From sequence record OZ336096.1: a DNA stretch of 64,000 nucleotides. One strand, given 5' to 3'. Below the pieces are notes generated by a model. The model was not told the origin of the DNA. It did not search any database and worked only from the letters and a program-made list of their open reading frames with translations. Below, piece after piece: positions 46,925-56,571 of the stretch. The DNA comes from a phage. Position 1 is the stretch's first letter; every line of letters starts with the position of its first letter. Made by a program: the position numbers and the translations under genes.

Positions 46925-47094
46925 TTGATAATGTTGTTCGAGGGGGTTTATCTAAAAGGGATTAACTTAAAAGATTCTTTATAGATAAGCTCAAAAAAAT
47001 TGCTTGCAATCCGCTATCAAAACAAGTAAATTACTAATCAACGGGAGGTAATGACCTCCCCACTAAGTAAAATCCTTAAACTAGGAGACTCAAA

Positions 47095-47625
47095 GTGAAC
47101 AAGTTCAAAGCTATCAATTACATTCGTTCAAATGCTGTAATGTCAAAGCCTGTCAAAGATACCTACGAATTTCGCTGTAATGGTGTACACTTTGCAACCA
47201 TCACCAAATCAGGAAACGGGGCTTATTACGTTCATCGTCGTAATGTCGCAACCGTTGTAGTCTCTCATTTTATGCAAGCTGTCGCAGAATTATTACCGTT
47301 ATTCTTAGAGATTTACTTAGATGAGTGTAAAAACGTTCGCAATCACGTTAAAAACCTTTTAAATAGTTATAAAATGGCTTATGAACGTTCTATTAAGTCA
47401 TTGAACAAGTTTTATAAAGCCCCTGTAAATACTGTTTCAATGGCCTATGCTGCAAATGGTGAGGTGGTGAGTCTCTTTGAAGTGGAAGAAATCAAGCTGC
47501 ATGATTTACGCACTAGCGGTTACTCTAAGACTCTCGGTGAAGGTTTAACGTTCAATATCAAGAACTTAGAAAAAACTTTAAAAGATATTGAAAAAGATAT
47601 TGACGAGACAATCAAAAATCTGTAA
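47095..47625 (+). CDS. hypothetical protein (cassette gene)
   Basis: 176 aa ORF with GTG start after conserved leader (..CTAGGAGACTCAAAGTG). Confidence 0.45.
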   Translation: MNKFKAINYIRSNAVMSKPVKDTYEFRCNGVHFATITKSGNGAYYVHRRNVATVVVSHFMQAVAELLPLFLEIYLDECKNVRNHVKNLLNSYKMAYERSIKSLNKFYKAPVNTVSMAYAANGEVVSLFEVEEIKLHDLRTSGYSKTLGEGLTFNIKNLEKTLKDIEKDIDETIKNL

Positions 47626-47705
47626 ATTGTCAATCAACGGGGAGGGAATGACCTTCCCCACTAAATAAAGTCCTTAAACTACTTCCTAAACTGGAGAATC
47701 TAAAA
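47626..47705 (+). promoter_or_regulatory. cassette unit type 2
   Basis: Copy of CTGTAAATTGTCAATCAACGGGGAGGGAATGACCTTCCCC leader. Confidence 0.55.
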
Positions 47706-47954
47706 ATGGCAACTATCCGCGCTACTGTTAACGAGTTCGGTTTTTCCTCTCTGGATGTTAAATTTGACATTGCAGGCACTGATAACGCCTTTGAAATGGT
47801 GAAAGGTCTTATCAGTCAGACCATCAAAGATTATAATCCTTCGGATGAGTTCTGGGAGGAAACAAAACAAGAAGTTCTCAAGGATGGTTATACTTATCAC
47901 TATTGGGGAGAAAAAATCGTCTCCCTGTACTACAACAAACAAGGTTATAACTAA
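47706..47954 (+). CDS. hypothetical protein (last cassette gene)
   Basis: 82 aa ORF; terminator follows. Confidence 0.5.
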   Translation: MATIRATVNEFGFSSLDVKFDIAGTDNAFEMVKGLISQTIKDYNPSDEFWEETKQEVLKDGYTYHYWGEKIVSLYYNKQGYN

Positions 47955-47988
47955 TCGACGCAGCGGGGCTAAATAGCCCCAGATACCT

Positions 47989-48015
47989 GAACAGCCCCTC
48001 ATAGGGGCTTTTTTA
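47989..48015 (+). terminator. intrinsic terminator
   Basis: AGCCCCTCATAGGGGCT hairpin followed by TTTTTT. Confidence 0.55.
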
Positions 48016-49618
48016 CGTCTATCCAATCCTTATACAATCCCTTTCCCTCACCTTTCCAGAATCTTCCCACTGATTCAATAGAATCTATCTCATACCTTAA
48101 AAAGTAATAACTCTATAGCTTACTCTATAGCCCCTTATCAAATCAACTTAAATATAAGCCCATAACCCGAAAGGGAAGGGCAACCATTTAAACGCTCTAT
48201 AAAGCCCTATAACAACCTTATCAATCTAACTTAAGGGATTGCATTAACCCACCCTTAAAAGCCCTTTATAAAGCTTTCTAGAGCCTTAAAAGAACCTTAT
48301 AAGGTTATAAGCTTTATTATCTCGTTAGCTATCTTGTGAACTACTAAAAAGGGCTTGTTAGTGTTTTAAAAGTATGTTATAGGGGCTATAAAGTTACTTC
48401 AAAGTTGCTTAAAAGGGGCTTAAAAGTTACGTAAATGCTAGCCACCTTAACATTTTCTTAACAATTTCTTAACAAACCCTACATAGTTATGCTTTTAAGG
48501 CACTTGTTAGCAACTTGTTAGCCCCTTGTTAAATCTCTGTTAAGACCATGTAAAAGCCTTGTAAGAGTCTTTGACATAGCCTTTAAAGCTCCTGCAAAGC
48601 CCTATAAAGAGCTATCCATACAATTGATGGGTAAATACTAGGGGGAGACTGAAAAGAGCCTATAAAGAGCTTTTAAGAGCTTTTAAAAGTATGTTTAAGG
48701 AATCACTAAGAAAGGAAAGGGAACGATAAGAAAGAGATAGTGACCATGTTAATAGCTTGTTAAAAAGATTAAACACTTGTTAGGAACTTGTTAATTATCT
48801 TAACAAAATAACTCTTAAAAATTAACTTGTTAGCTCTTGTTAGTCATCTGTTAAGACTCTGTAAAGACCATGTAGCAACTGTTAAGAAACTGTTAAGCCC
48901 TTGTTAGTTTTGTTAAGAATCTGTTAAGACCTCTGAAGAGATGTTAAGAGAATGTAATAGCTGTTAAGAGATTGTTAATGATATTTTAAAATTCTGCAAA
49001 GGGGATGTTACAGGGATGTTAAGGGCTACCAAGCAGATATACACCTTTTACAGATATTTTTCAGTTCCTTCAAAGACCCTAAAAAATGACTTGACAACTC
49101 TATTTTATAAAAATTTTAAAATTCTGAATAATTACCTATACAGTCTTTTAAAAATACAGGCATAAACAGGCTTATAAGATACCTTGTTAGTACCGTGTTA
49201 GACCTTGTGAGATAAGGTCTGTAAAGATATTCCTGTTAAGTTTATTAAAACAGTCTATATAGAGGCTTAGTAATACCTAGTGAACATCTATAGAGAGTCA
49301 CATAGCTGACATAGAGATTAAGAGGTGTATAGGAGCTTCTAAGAGGGTATAGAGAGATGGTTAAGGTGATTGTATAGGTTGTTAAGAAGGCTTGTTAGAA
49401 GACTAGTTAGAAGGGTTATACAGAGGGGCTATTAAGACCACTAGATAGTTACTAAGATACTATATAGTACTATATAACTATATAGAGAGTAAGATTAAGA
49501 AGGTTGTTAAGAAGGGTAGATATTTTGTTCACATATGATGGTGACCCAGAGGTTGGGACAACCAATAAAATTTTATAAAAATTAAAAAGCCCCCAATTAA
49601 GGAGGCTCTTAAGATATT
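48016..49618. repeat. 1.6 kb ORF-free region dense in short degenerate repeats (TATAAAG, [C/T]TGTTA[A/G]G, TATAGAG families)
   Basis: No ORF >= 60 aa in any frame; dozens of copies of TTGTTAG / CTGTTAAG / ATGTTAAG, TATAAAG-type motifs upstream and TATAGAG / CTATATAG motifs downstream. Confidence 0.8.
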
Positions 49619-50212
49619 TTAAATCAGTGTTTCCAGAACTGTCTTCAGTGATGACTTGGTTGTCTGATAAAAATGAGTGAATCCATTGTTGTTATCGAAT
49701 ACCTGCATCATGATATCATCTCCCTTGATTGGGTACACTCGGATATCATAGTGAAACCCATTAAAGACAGCAGAACCATTGCAGAATACACTAAAATCAT
49801 CCACTGAGATATACTCTTCATGTCCTGTGATTTTTATACAGATACCTTTGCTCGGTCTCTTAGGGTTGATATCTTCCATCACAGACATATTCTGCCCTCC
49901 AAGAGATACCATAGTGACCACTTTACGGTTCTTCTGTTTAAAGTACATTTTAACTTTCTGCAAAGTGTCTTCATAGAACGGATAAGACTTCTCTACAAAG
50001 ATTCCTTCTAATGGCTCTTTACCATTTTCAACTTCTCTGTTATGCCGTACTGCAAAGATAATTTGTTGGAACCAGTCAAAATTTTCTTCGGAGAGTCCTT
50101 CCCGAATATCATTCCAGTCAAGGACTAGATAGTTACCTTCAACTTCTTTTAAGTTATCTTTTTTCATATCTATCACACCGTTATCGTAAAACTTGGTAAG
50201 CTGGTACTGCAA
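49619..50212 (-). CDS. hypothetical protein
   Basis: 197 aa ORF, last gene of the minus-strand block. Confidence 0.45.
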   Translation of the reverse strand: MQYQLTKFYDNGVIDMKKDNLKEVEGNYLVLDWNDIREGLSEENFDWFQQIIFAVRHNREVENGKEPLEGIFVEKSYPFYEDTLQKVKMYFKQKNRKVVTMVSLGGQNMSVMEDINPKRPSKGICIKITGHEEYISVDDFSVFCNGSAVFNGFHYDIRVYPIKGDDIMMQVFDNNNGFTHFYQTTKSSLKTVLETLI

Positions 50213-50645
50213 ACTTGTTGCTGTTGTTCTTAATAAGGTCTTCTTCTGTTACTAAGAATGTAATCTCACATAAGTGCGTATAGTGGCTGTCATACTCAAA
50301 TATTTTAAGTAGGTATTTACCATCATGATAGACAGATTCTACTACACCTTTTGCAACAATCTTTCCAGTCTTGAAGTCTTTAAGATGGTATACATTACCA
50401 ACTTTAGGGACTGTTTTCACTTCAGGTTCTTTTAGCTTCTCACCAACTTCTACATCACCTAGTAAGTGAGAACTTTCAAACGCTACATATTGCATATAAG
50501 CTTCTGAACATTCCCAGATAAAACAATGTACAAGAACCTTAGCAGCATGTCTTGAGCAATTCAACTTATCACAAATCTCTTTGTACATCTCATCTTTAGT
50601 TGAGTTGTTAAGCATTGCTTTTTGGACTACTTCTTTAATTTTCAT
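50181..50645 (-). CDS. hypothetical protein
   Basis: 154 aa ORF. Confidence 0.45.
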   Translation of the reverse strand: MKIKEVVQKAMLNNSTKDEMYKEICDKLNCSRHAAKVLVHCFIWECSEAYMQYVAFESSHLLGDVEVGEKLKEPEVKTVPKVGNVYHLKDFKTGKIVAKGVVESVYHDGKYLLKIFEYDSHYTHLCEITFLVTEEDLIKNNSNKFAVPAYQVLR

Positions 50646-50697
50646 TTCGCTACCTTCTAAGTTTCTACAAAGGGGCTATCAAGTAACCCCTAAGCTA

Positions 50698-50922
50698 TTA
50701 CTCAGACTTTTCAGTCTTCTTGTCGGATTTCTTACTAGTCTTCTTCTCAGCTTTCTGCTCAGGTTCCTTCTCAGAAGTTGCCTTGATAACCATATCAAGA
50801 AGTTCTGATAAGTCACTCTTCAGAAGAGTTACAGGCTGCTCGTTGTAGAAGTTTTTGTCAAGATAAACTTTAAACTCTTCTATAGAAGGAAATCCAAAAA
50901 TTGGTACAGGTGTCTTAATCAT
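50698..50922 (-). CDS. hypothetical protein
   Basis: 74 aa, Lys-rich C-terminus. Confidence 0.35.
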   Translation of the reverse strand: MIKTPVPIFGFPSIEEFKVYLDKNFYNEQPVTLLKSDLSELLDMVIKATSEKEPEQKAEKKTSKKSDKKTEKSE

Positions 50923-50998
50923 TACTTAGTCTCTCCATAGGCATCTTTTAAGATTGCCTTGTTAATCATTTCAGCGATTGCAAAACGAACACATACAG

Positions 50999-51532
50999 CT
51001 ATAATTGTAGGTTGCATTCTTTACTTACCTCTTCAAGTTTAACCTCAGAATCCTTAAGTCGTTTCTTATGAACTCTGAACATCATTAGTGAGATGATGAT
51101 ACCAGCTAAAGGAACAGCATACAAGTACCAGATATCGTGTATCTTTGTAGTAATCTGTGTAATGGTTAAATCTTGAGCTATGCAGCTAATTGCTGATACT
51201 GCCAGTAACATTGCTAAGAAGAACGCCAGTACCATAATAATACTCAGGCATCCTCTGGCATGGTGTTCGTTCTTAATACACTTATTCTTTTCGTCAACAA
51301 CTCTGTTGTAGTCATTTGCAAAGTCTCTGTAGAAAGCTTTCAGGTATTCTTGAGTGTAGCCTTCAAAGCAACCTGTGCCATACCAATAATCACCACCAAA
51401 ATGTGCTATGATACCAGTATCTCCATTTGGTTTGGTCACTCTTAAAGAAGTGTGATGGCAAGTATCCTGAAAATCTATCTTGTATCTTTCTTCGTAAATC
51501 ATTTTCCAACCCCTCTCAATCGTTTGTTCCAC
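50999..51532 (-). CDS. membrane protein (hypothetical)
   Basis: 177 aa; two predicted TM segments near the C-terminus. Confidence 0.45.
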   Translation of the reverse strand: MEQTIERGWKMIYEERYKIDFQDTCHHTSLRVTKPNGDTGIIAHFGGDYWYGTGCFEGYTQEYLKAFYRDFANDYNRVVDEKNKCIKNEHHARGCLSIIMVLAFFLAMLLAVSAISCIAQDLTITQITTKIHDIWYLYAVPLAGIIISLMMFRVHKKRLKDSEVKLEEVSKECNLQL

Positions 51533-51717
51533 TCAAGGTCAACAAGTCTTTGCAGGACTTTCCCTCTAGGTGTTACACCTTTTAAATCTGCATCATAGCA
51601 ACGGTAAAAGTCACCTTCAGCGTGTTTACCATAGCATTTTCTGATATTCTGGCTTCTGCGATACTGTTCTAACAGGGATAGCTTGTAGTAATCTTCAACT
51701 GTAGTTAGTTTTTTCAT
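51499..51717 (-). CDS. hypothetical protein
   Basis: 72 aa ORF. Confidence 0.35.
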   Translation of the reverse strand: MKKLTTVEDYYKLSLLEQYRRSQNIRKCYGKHAEGDFYRCYDADLKGVTPRGKVLQRLVDLEWNKRLRGVGK

Positions 51718-51800
51718 TCTTTTACCATATCTCTTATCTATAAACTAAAAAGGGAACTACCTCTCGATAGCTCCCATCGTAATCAATATTGTATACTCGG

Positions 51801-52382
51801 TCAAGAGTATTTTTTAGGCAGTAATGCACTGCGCTTGTTGCTCTCTTCACTCAATAGTGCAATGAAATCATCACTTTTACCTTTCCACGGGCTGAATGAA
51901 GGGATATGTTCACGGATAGCCTCAATCACTGTTTTAAGTGCTGTGTTCTTCATCCACCAATCAGAGTCTGCTGATGCTACCACGTAGTATCCACCATCAT
52001 CAGTTAAAATTGGCTCTGAAATACATGGTGAAATCAAAGTGGTGATAATTGAACCGTTGTTCATGTAGTATGTGCGCTTCATAACTTTTTCAAGAAGCTT
52101 GTGAAGGTCACCAAACAGTGTTACAAGTTCTTTGTGGTCGATGTCTTTTTCGAGACTTGCTCGATACTTCAATAGTGCAGCATCAACCTCTCTGTCATTA
52201 AACTTGAAATATTGAACTTCATCAACAAGGCAAACACTGATATTGTTAACATTCATAGTCAACTTGCAAACTTTTGCAGGAGAGTTGATACTTGGTTGAA
52301 AAAGTGCAATACACCCTTCAATATTTCCAAAATGTTGTACTAGTGTTACTTGTGGAGTGATATTCTGTTGCTCTTCGGACAT
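51801..52382 (-). CDS. hypothetical protein
   Basis: 193 aa ORF. Confidence 0.45.
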   Translation of the reverse strand: MSEEQQNITPQVTLVQHFGNIEGCIALFQPSINSPAKVCKLTMNVNNISVCLVDEVQYFKFNDREVDAALLKYRASLEKDIDHKELVTLFGDLHKLLEKVMKRTYYMNNGSIITTLISPCISEPILTDDGGYYVVASADSDWWMKNTALKTVIEAIREHIPSFSPWKGKSDDFIALLSEESNKRSALLPKKYS

Positions 52383-52726
52383 TACAGTTTCCTCATTAAA
52401 TACTTTTTAAGTTGTGTGTTAGGTTTCTCAAAAACTTCTATAGAAGATATCTTAACAGATTCACCACGCATACCAGTATGTTTGAATATGTAATACTCCA
52501 ACATCCCTATGTACTTTGCTGGTAAGTCATACTTGACATATACCGTCACAGAATCTTCAAACTCAACAACCTTCGTACCATCTTTGTAGTTAAACTCTTT
52601 AGGATGGTTGTAGTTATCTATGTCATACATTAAAAAGAGCCTTTTACGTTGTAAGTCAAGCTTATTTGTTAAAGACTCTTTGATATCTGAGAAGTTCTTG
52701 TACACTGTGACATGAAGCTTACTCAT
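52382..52726 (-). CDS. hypothetical protein
   Basis: 114 aa ORF, stop/start overlap with neighbours. Confidence 0.45.
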   Translation of the reverse strand: MSKLHVTVYKNFSDIKESLTNKLDLQRKRLFLMYDIDNYNHPKEFNYKDGTKVVEFEDSVTVYVKYDLPAKYIGMLEYYIFKHTGMRGESVKISSIEVFEKPNTQLKKYLMRKL

Positions 52727-53012
52727 CGTTAAACTCTCTGACGAAGAAATAGTTGACTTTGTTATTACCTACCATAAGGTCAAAGCAGGTATTTTCAAAA
52801 GGTTTGTTGTAGGCATCATATGAAACATATGGGTCAGCTACTTGCTTAGTGCTTAACTTCTTACTTGATGGTTTTAAGAGGCCACCATACAGCTTCTTGA
52901 TAGCCTCTTCTACAACAGACCAGATAATTTCGTCAGTAATTTCTTCGTACAGGTCAAGTTCACGCTCTAGTGAGAAGTCACAAATAGGGAAAACAACCTG
53001 TACTTTACTCAT
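52719..53012 (-). CDS. hypothetical protein
   Basis: 97 aa ORF. Confidence 0.4.
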   Translation of the reverse strand: MSKVQVVFPICDFSLERELDLYEEITDEIIWSVVEEAIKKLYGGLLKPSSKKLSTKQVADPYVSYDAYNKPFENTCFDLMVGNNKVNYFFVREFNDE

Positions 53013-53407
53013 TAACGAATAACCTGTGTGACTTGAATTGCTTCAGTTACAGACAAATCACCAACCGTTTCTTCTTTGACGAAGGTGAAGGTAAGTTCAA
53101 CAGGCTCTTGCTCTTCTTGCTCAACTGGAACACCATTAAGCTCATCAAAGATTGATTGAGTTGTCCAGTCTTCTCCACCATCTGGATAGTGGATTGCATA
53201 AAGAGGAAACTCTAAATTATACCAAGCAAAAACAGGGCAACCATCTGCATCATCTCGACATCTGTGGAGATATGTGTTTGTACCTTCAAAATGTAAATGA
53301 AGATTACCATTCTTCTCAAATAGAAGAGCATCTTGCAGGTCTAGCTCCTCATTTTCGCTGTAACGACTAACATCAACTTTAACGTGGATATGACTGTTAT
53401 TATTCAT
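53012..53407 (-). CDS. hypothetical protein
   Basis: 131 aa ORF. Confidence 0.45.
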   Translation of the reverse strand: MNNNSHIHVKVDVSRYSENEELDLQDALLFEKNGNLHLHFEGTNTYLHRCRDDADGCPVFAWYNLEFPLYAIHYPDGGEDWTTQSIFDELNGVPVEQEEQEPVELTFTFVKEETVGDLSVTEAIQVTQVIR

Positions 53408-53798
53408 AAAAACCTCTCTCTGCTTGTTCGATTTTTGCTCTTAAAGCTTCACAGCGTTCTATGTGGTATCTGGCCTCATGCTCATGTGTTGCCAAAGTCC
53501 TTTCAAGAACTGTTTTATAGTAACTTGCAAGCTGCTCTCTTGTCAAGGGGTGTTCTGAAATAATATCAAGGCCACTTTCCCCTAAAGTATTAAACTGCCC
53601 GTGTTCATTTACATGGTAAGTCTCAAACTTGAACAGGCCGTTGTTAGCAGATTCAATAGGCGATAGCTCAGCTAACTCAACAGTGAACATTGTGTGCACC
53701 CTATCACCAACTGTAACAATGTTACTCCCAATAATTCGCACCATAGAGCCATTACGAGTGTACTTAAAAGTCCCAACATCATCAGCCCAAAGTTTCAT
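53400..53798 (-). CDS. hypothetical protein
   Basis: 132 aa ORF. Confidence 0.45.
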   Translation of the reverse strand: MKLWADDVGTFKYTRNGSMVRIIGSNIVTVGDRVHTMFTVELAELSPIESANNGLFKFETYHVNEHGQFNTLGESGLDIISEHPLTREQLASYYKTVLERTLATHEHEARYHIERCEALRAKIEQAERGFYE

Positions 53799-53812
53799 AG
53801 TTTTCTCCTTAG

Positions 53813-53840
53813 AAAATAAAAAAGGCTCCCGAAGGAGCCT
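53813..53840 (-). terminator. intrinsic terminator (minus strand)
   Basis: On the minus strand GGCTCCTTCGGGAGCC is followed by TTTTTTATTTT, downstream of the lysozyme gene. Confidence 0.5.
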
Positions 53841-53849
53841 ATGAAGATA

Positions 53850-54314
53850 TTACTTTGGATATACACTGTCAAGATAAATGTCAGCTTCCATTCTACGTCT
53901 GTTTTTCAGGCCGTTTGAAGTGACCTTCTTACCTTTGACTGTAACCTTGTTCCACCATTGCATAGCATCTGCACAACCGACCTTATTACCATCGTTGTGG
54001 CGCTTGATAAATGTGGAATCCTGCATAGCTGTGATGCCAATGTTGTATGTTTCACTTACCAGTGCATCAAACTCATTCTGAGAAGTTGGAACCTTGACGG
54101 CTTTGTTCACTGCTGCAACGAACTTTTCAACATCTGCGAGAAGGTACTGTTCAGCTTGTTCAGCGGTAATCTTCATACCCATCTTAACAGGTTTACCAGC
54201 AATACGGATAGTCCCATACCCAATTGTGGGGATTCCAGCAGAATCTTCGTAAGCCTCCAGCTTAAGACCTTCAAAGAACTTAATAGCTTCTAAACCTTTT
54301 CTTGAGAGTTGCAT
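53850..54314 (-). CDS. lysozyme (GH24, T4-lysozyme-like)
   Basis: 154 aa; LEAIKFFEGLKLEAYEDSAGIPTIGYGT matches the T4-lysozyme catalytic region pattern. Confidence 0.8.
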   Translation of the reverse strand: MQLSRKGLEAIKFFEGLKLEAYEDSAGIPTIGYGTIRIAGKPVKMGMKITAEQAEQYLLADVEKFVAAVNKAVKVPTSQNEFDALVSETYNIGITAMQDSTFIKRHNDGNKVGCADAMQWWNKVTVKGKKVTSNGLKNRRRMEADIYLDSVYPK

Positions 54315-54946
54315 TATGCCTCCCCTGATGGGTTAACTGTAACTGTTGCTGCATTAGATGTTACAGAACCACCTGCACCAGTAACTACACAAGTGTAGCT
54401 TCCTGCATCTGCTTGTAGAGCACCAGACTTGCTATAGGTAGCATTTGTAGCTGAAGGGATGTCAGAGCCATCTTTCTTCCACTGATATCCAGTGGCATTG
54501 GTTGCAATAACGCTTAGGGTAAGTGTGCCACCTTCATTTACTGTTTGATTGGTTGGTTGCTGAGTGATTGATAGTGGCTTGATAGCATCCTTCAACTTAG
54601 CATTCAACATTGAGAATGGTTTAACTCTTGCCAGCCATTCACAATAAACTGTATCAACGTCTTTACCATTGATAATTGCATATTGTAAGTCCATGAAGAA
54701 GTCAGACGTTCTCATTTGAGCACCAACGCTGTAAAGCAACTCATCACTAAATGGAACTTTGTAGTCTGGTTTGTAGTCAAACTTCTTAACTTCTGCAATA
54801 TCAGCTTCAGGCCAATACGAACTATAGGTAAGTGGTAAAATAGCCTCTTGATATGTTCTAAAATCATATCTCTTACCAGCCTTTACGTTCGCAACGAAGC
54901 CCTTCACAAACTCTTTGAAGTCTGGGTAAGTCTTTGCTTTAATCAT
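54314..54946 (-). CDS. protein with C-terminal Ig-like domain
   Basis: 210 aa; C-terminus TLTLSVIATNATGYQWKKDG..AGSYTCVVTGAGGSVTSNAATVTV is Ig-like; N-terminal domain paralogous to next gene. Confidence 0.5.
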   Translation of the reverse strand: MIKAKTYPDFKEFVKGFVANVKAGKRYDFRTYQEAILPLTYSSYWPEADIAEVKKFDYKPDYKVPFSDELLYSVGAQMRTSDFFMDLQYAIINGKDVDTVYCEWLARVKPFSMLNAKLKDAIKPLSITQQPTNQTVNEGGTLTLSVIATNATGYQWKKDGSDIPSATNATYSKSGALQADAGSYTCVVTGAGGSVTSNAATVTVNPSGEA

Positions 54947-55314
54947 TTCTTTTTAGCCTCTAAATGTGCGTTTAGTCTAAAATAACCTTTGTGATGCGGA
55001 GATACATCACCAACAACAATACCTTTGACCTTATAGCCTTTACCAATTACATACTGGATATCCATAAGGAATCTTCCAAGTCCAACAATATGGAACATTG
55101 GATATAATAGACTCTCAGAATCTGGAATATTGATTTCAGGTTTGTAGGTACGCTGTTCGCTTGTTGGTGTAATATCTTCTTCAGGCCATTTGCTGAGTCT
55201 CCATGTCAAAGGTGTTGGGATAACATCATTAAGGTTGTACCTTTCACCATTTTGCACGGAATTGATATAGGATTGTAGGAAGCAATAAAAGTCTTTTGCA
55301 CTCTTAGCTTTCAT
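54943..55314 (-). CDS. hypothetical protein, paralog of N-terminal domain of 54314-54946
   Basis: 123 aa; MKAKSAKDFYCFLQSYINSVQNGERYNLNDVIPTPLTWRLSKWPEEDI parallels MIKAKTYPDFKEFVKGFVANVKAGKRYDF.. Confidence 0.45.
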   Translation of the reverse strand: MKAKSAKDFYCFLQSYINSVQNGERYNLNDVIPTPLTWRLSKWPEEDITPTSEQRTYKPEINIPDSESLLYPMFHIVGLGRFLMDIQYVIGKGYKVKGIVVGDVSPHHKGYFRLNAHLEAKKK

Positions 55315-55361
55315 TAAATATCCTTATAAATAGTTAAAGGGGCATCAGCCCCTATTCACAC

Positions 55362-55952
55362 TTAAGCTTTGGTCTTAAGTAGGTTCTTAAGTTTTTTAAG
55401 ATTCATACTCTCATCAAACTTAAAACCAAATCCATTGACATAATCAATGAACTCGGATTTCTTACTGAGTGACAATGCGTAACTCATATCAAAGTTCTTA
55501 CTTGTTTCTGCGTCTGGACTAGAGTTCACATCAAATGAAATTTCCGTAGGCTCTTGCTTACTTTTTCTCATATTATCAACCAACAAACATGTATAGTTTG
55601 CTGGATAGAAATTTACACTACCATCAACGTAGCTGTACTTATTATTATGGATAAGGTTGGAAAATACCTTAAGGAATGTTTCTGAGTCGTGGCAAACAAG
55701 TTTGAATTGGCTGCTCTCTCCAAGCGCAACTAATGAGTACGGACTTTCACTATCAAAGTCATAATTTGGATTTGATGTTGTAACCGTCACACGCATCAGG
55801 TTATTGGCAATAGTCTTCTGCTTGAAAGAATTTGGAACATAGTGAAGACCTCTATCGCACTGATTAACTAATTCTTTTAATAGGTCATTTGCATACGGTG
55901 AATTAATTGATACAGAGCCATCACTATTGTAATTAAAACTTACTGTTAACAT
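55362..55952 (-). CDS. hypothetical protein
   Basis: 196 aa ORF. Confidence 0.45.
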   Translation of the reverse strand: MLTVSFNYNSDGSVSINSPYANDLLKELVNQCDRGLHYVPNSFKQKTIANNLMRVTVTTSNPNYDFDSESPYSLVALGESSQFKLVCHDSETFLKVFSNLIHNNKYSYVDGSVNFYPANYTCLLVDNMRKSKQEPTEISFDVNSSPDAETSKNFDMSYALSLSKKSEFIDYVNGFGFKFDESMNLKKLKNLLKTKA

Positions 55953-56179
55953 TTTTCAGTTCTCCTGCGGTTTATAATTTTGCTGCAATAGAGAAACGAA
56001 GTAAACTCACTGGAAGAAACCATTAAGTGTTGTTCACTAGATTGAGCCATTGCCCTGAAATACATTCCAGTCAAAGCATCATAGTGACTATTCTTTCCAA
56101 TTGAGGTTATATAGCCATGACTCTTTGCAGTTTGATATAAATCTATAATATCTGCGATTTCTAATTGGGAACTACACAT
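55946..56179 (-). CDS. hypothetical protein
   Basis: 77 aa ORF. Confidence 0.35.
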   Translation of the reverse strand: MCSSQLEIADIIDLYQTAKSHGYITSIGKNSHYDALTGMYFRAMAQSSEQHLMVSSSEFTSFLYCSKIINRRRTEKC

Positions 56180-56343
56180 AGATAATCCTCTTGTCTTCTG
56201 TAATTTTGAAAGAACAGGTACAGACCAATTTCAGAGGATGAATAGTAGATTAATTCTACCCTTTTTGATTCCTTACAGTGATTGGTATTCTTACCTTTCT
56301 TCGGTTTATTTGATTTTCTCATTAAGTCTCCTTTGTAGAACAA
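56161..56343 (-). CDS. hypothetical basic protein
   Basis: 60 aa ORF, first gene of the minus-strand block. Confidence 0.3.
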   Translation of the reverse strand: MFYKGDLMRKSNKPKKGKNTNHCKESKRVELIYYSSSEIGLYLFFQNYRRQEDYLCVVPN

Positions 56344-56571
56344 GGCAGACCTACAGCTTTAAGTAAGATGGTACAGTAATCCATACAACAAGTCAAGAAC
56401 TATTGCAAGTTAAAAAAGTTGTTGACAAAGTACTTGACAAGGTATAGACTTATAAATACTTAGAAGATAACTTAAAAGGTTCCTCTAAAAAGGCTATTTA
56501 AACAGATATCTTTCTGGATATCTATCTTTTATCTTAAAAGCCTTTTAAGAGGTCTTATAAGAGGCATACCA

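Noticed and set aside
47700-48026. Minus-strand 108 aa ORF overlapping the last cassette gene
   Set aside because: Antisense to a plus-strand gene that has the conserved leader/RBS unit; it also runs through the downstream terminator hairpin.
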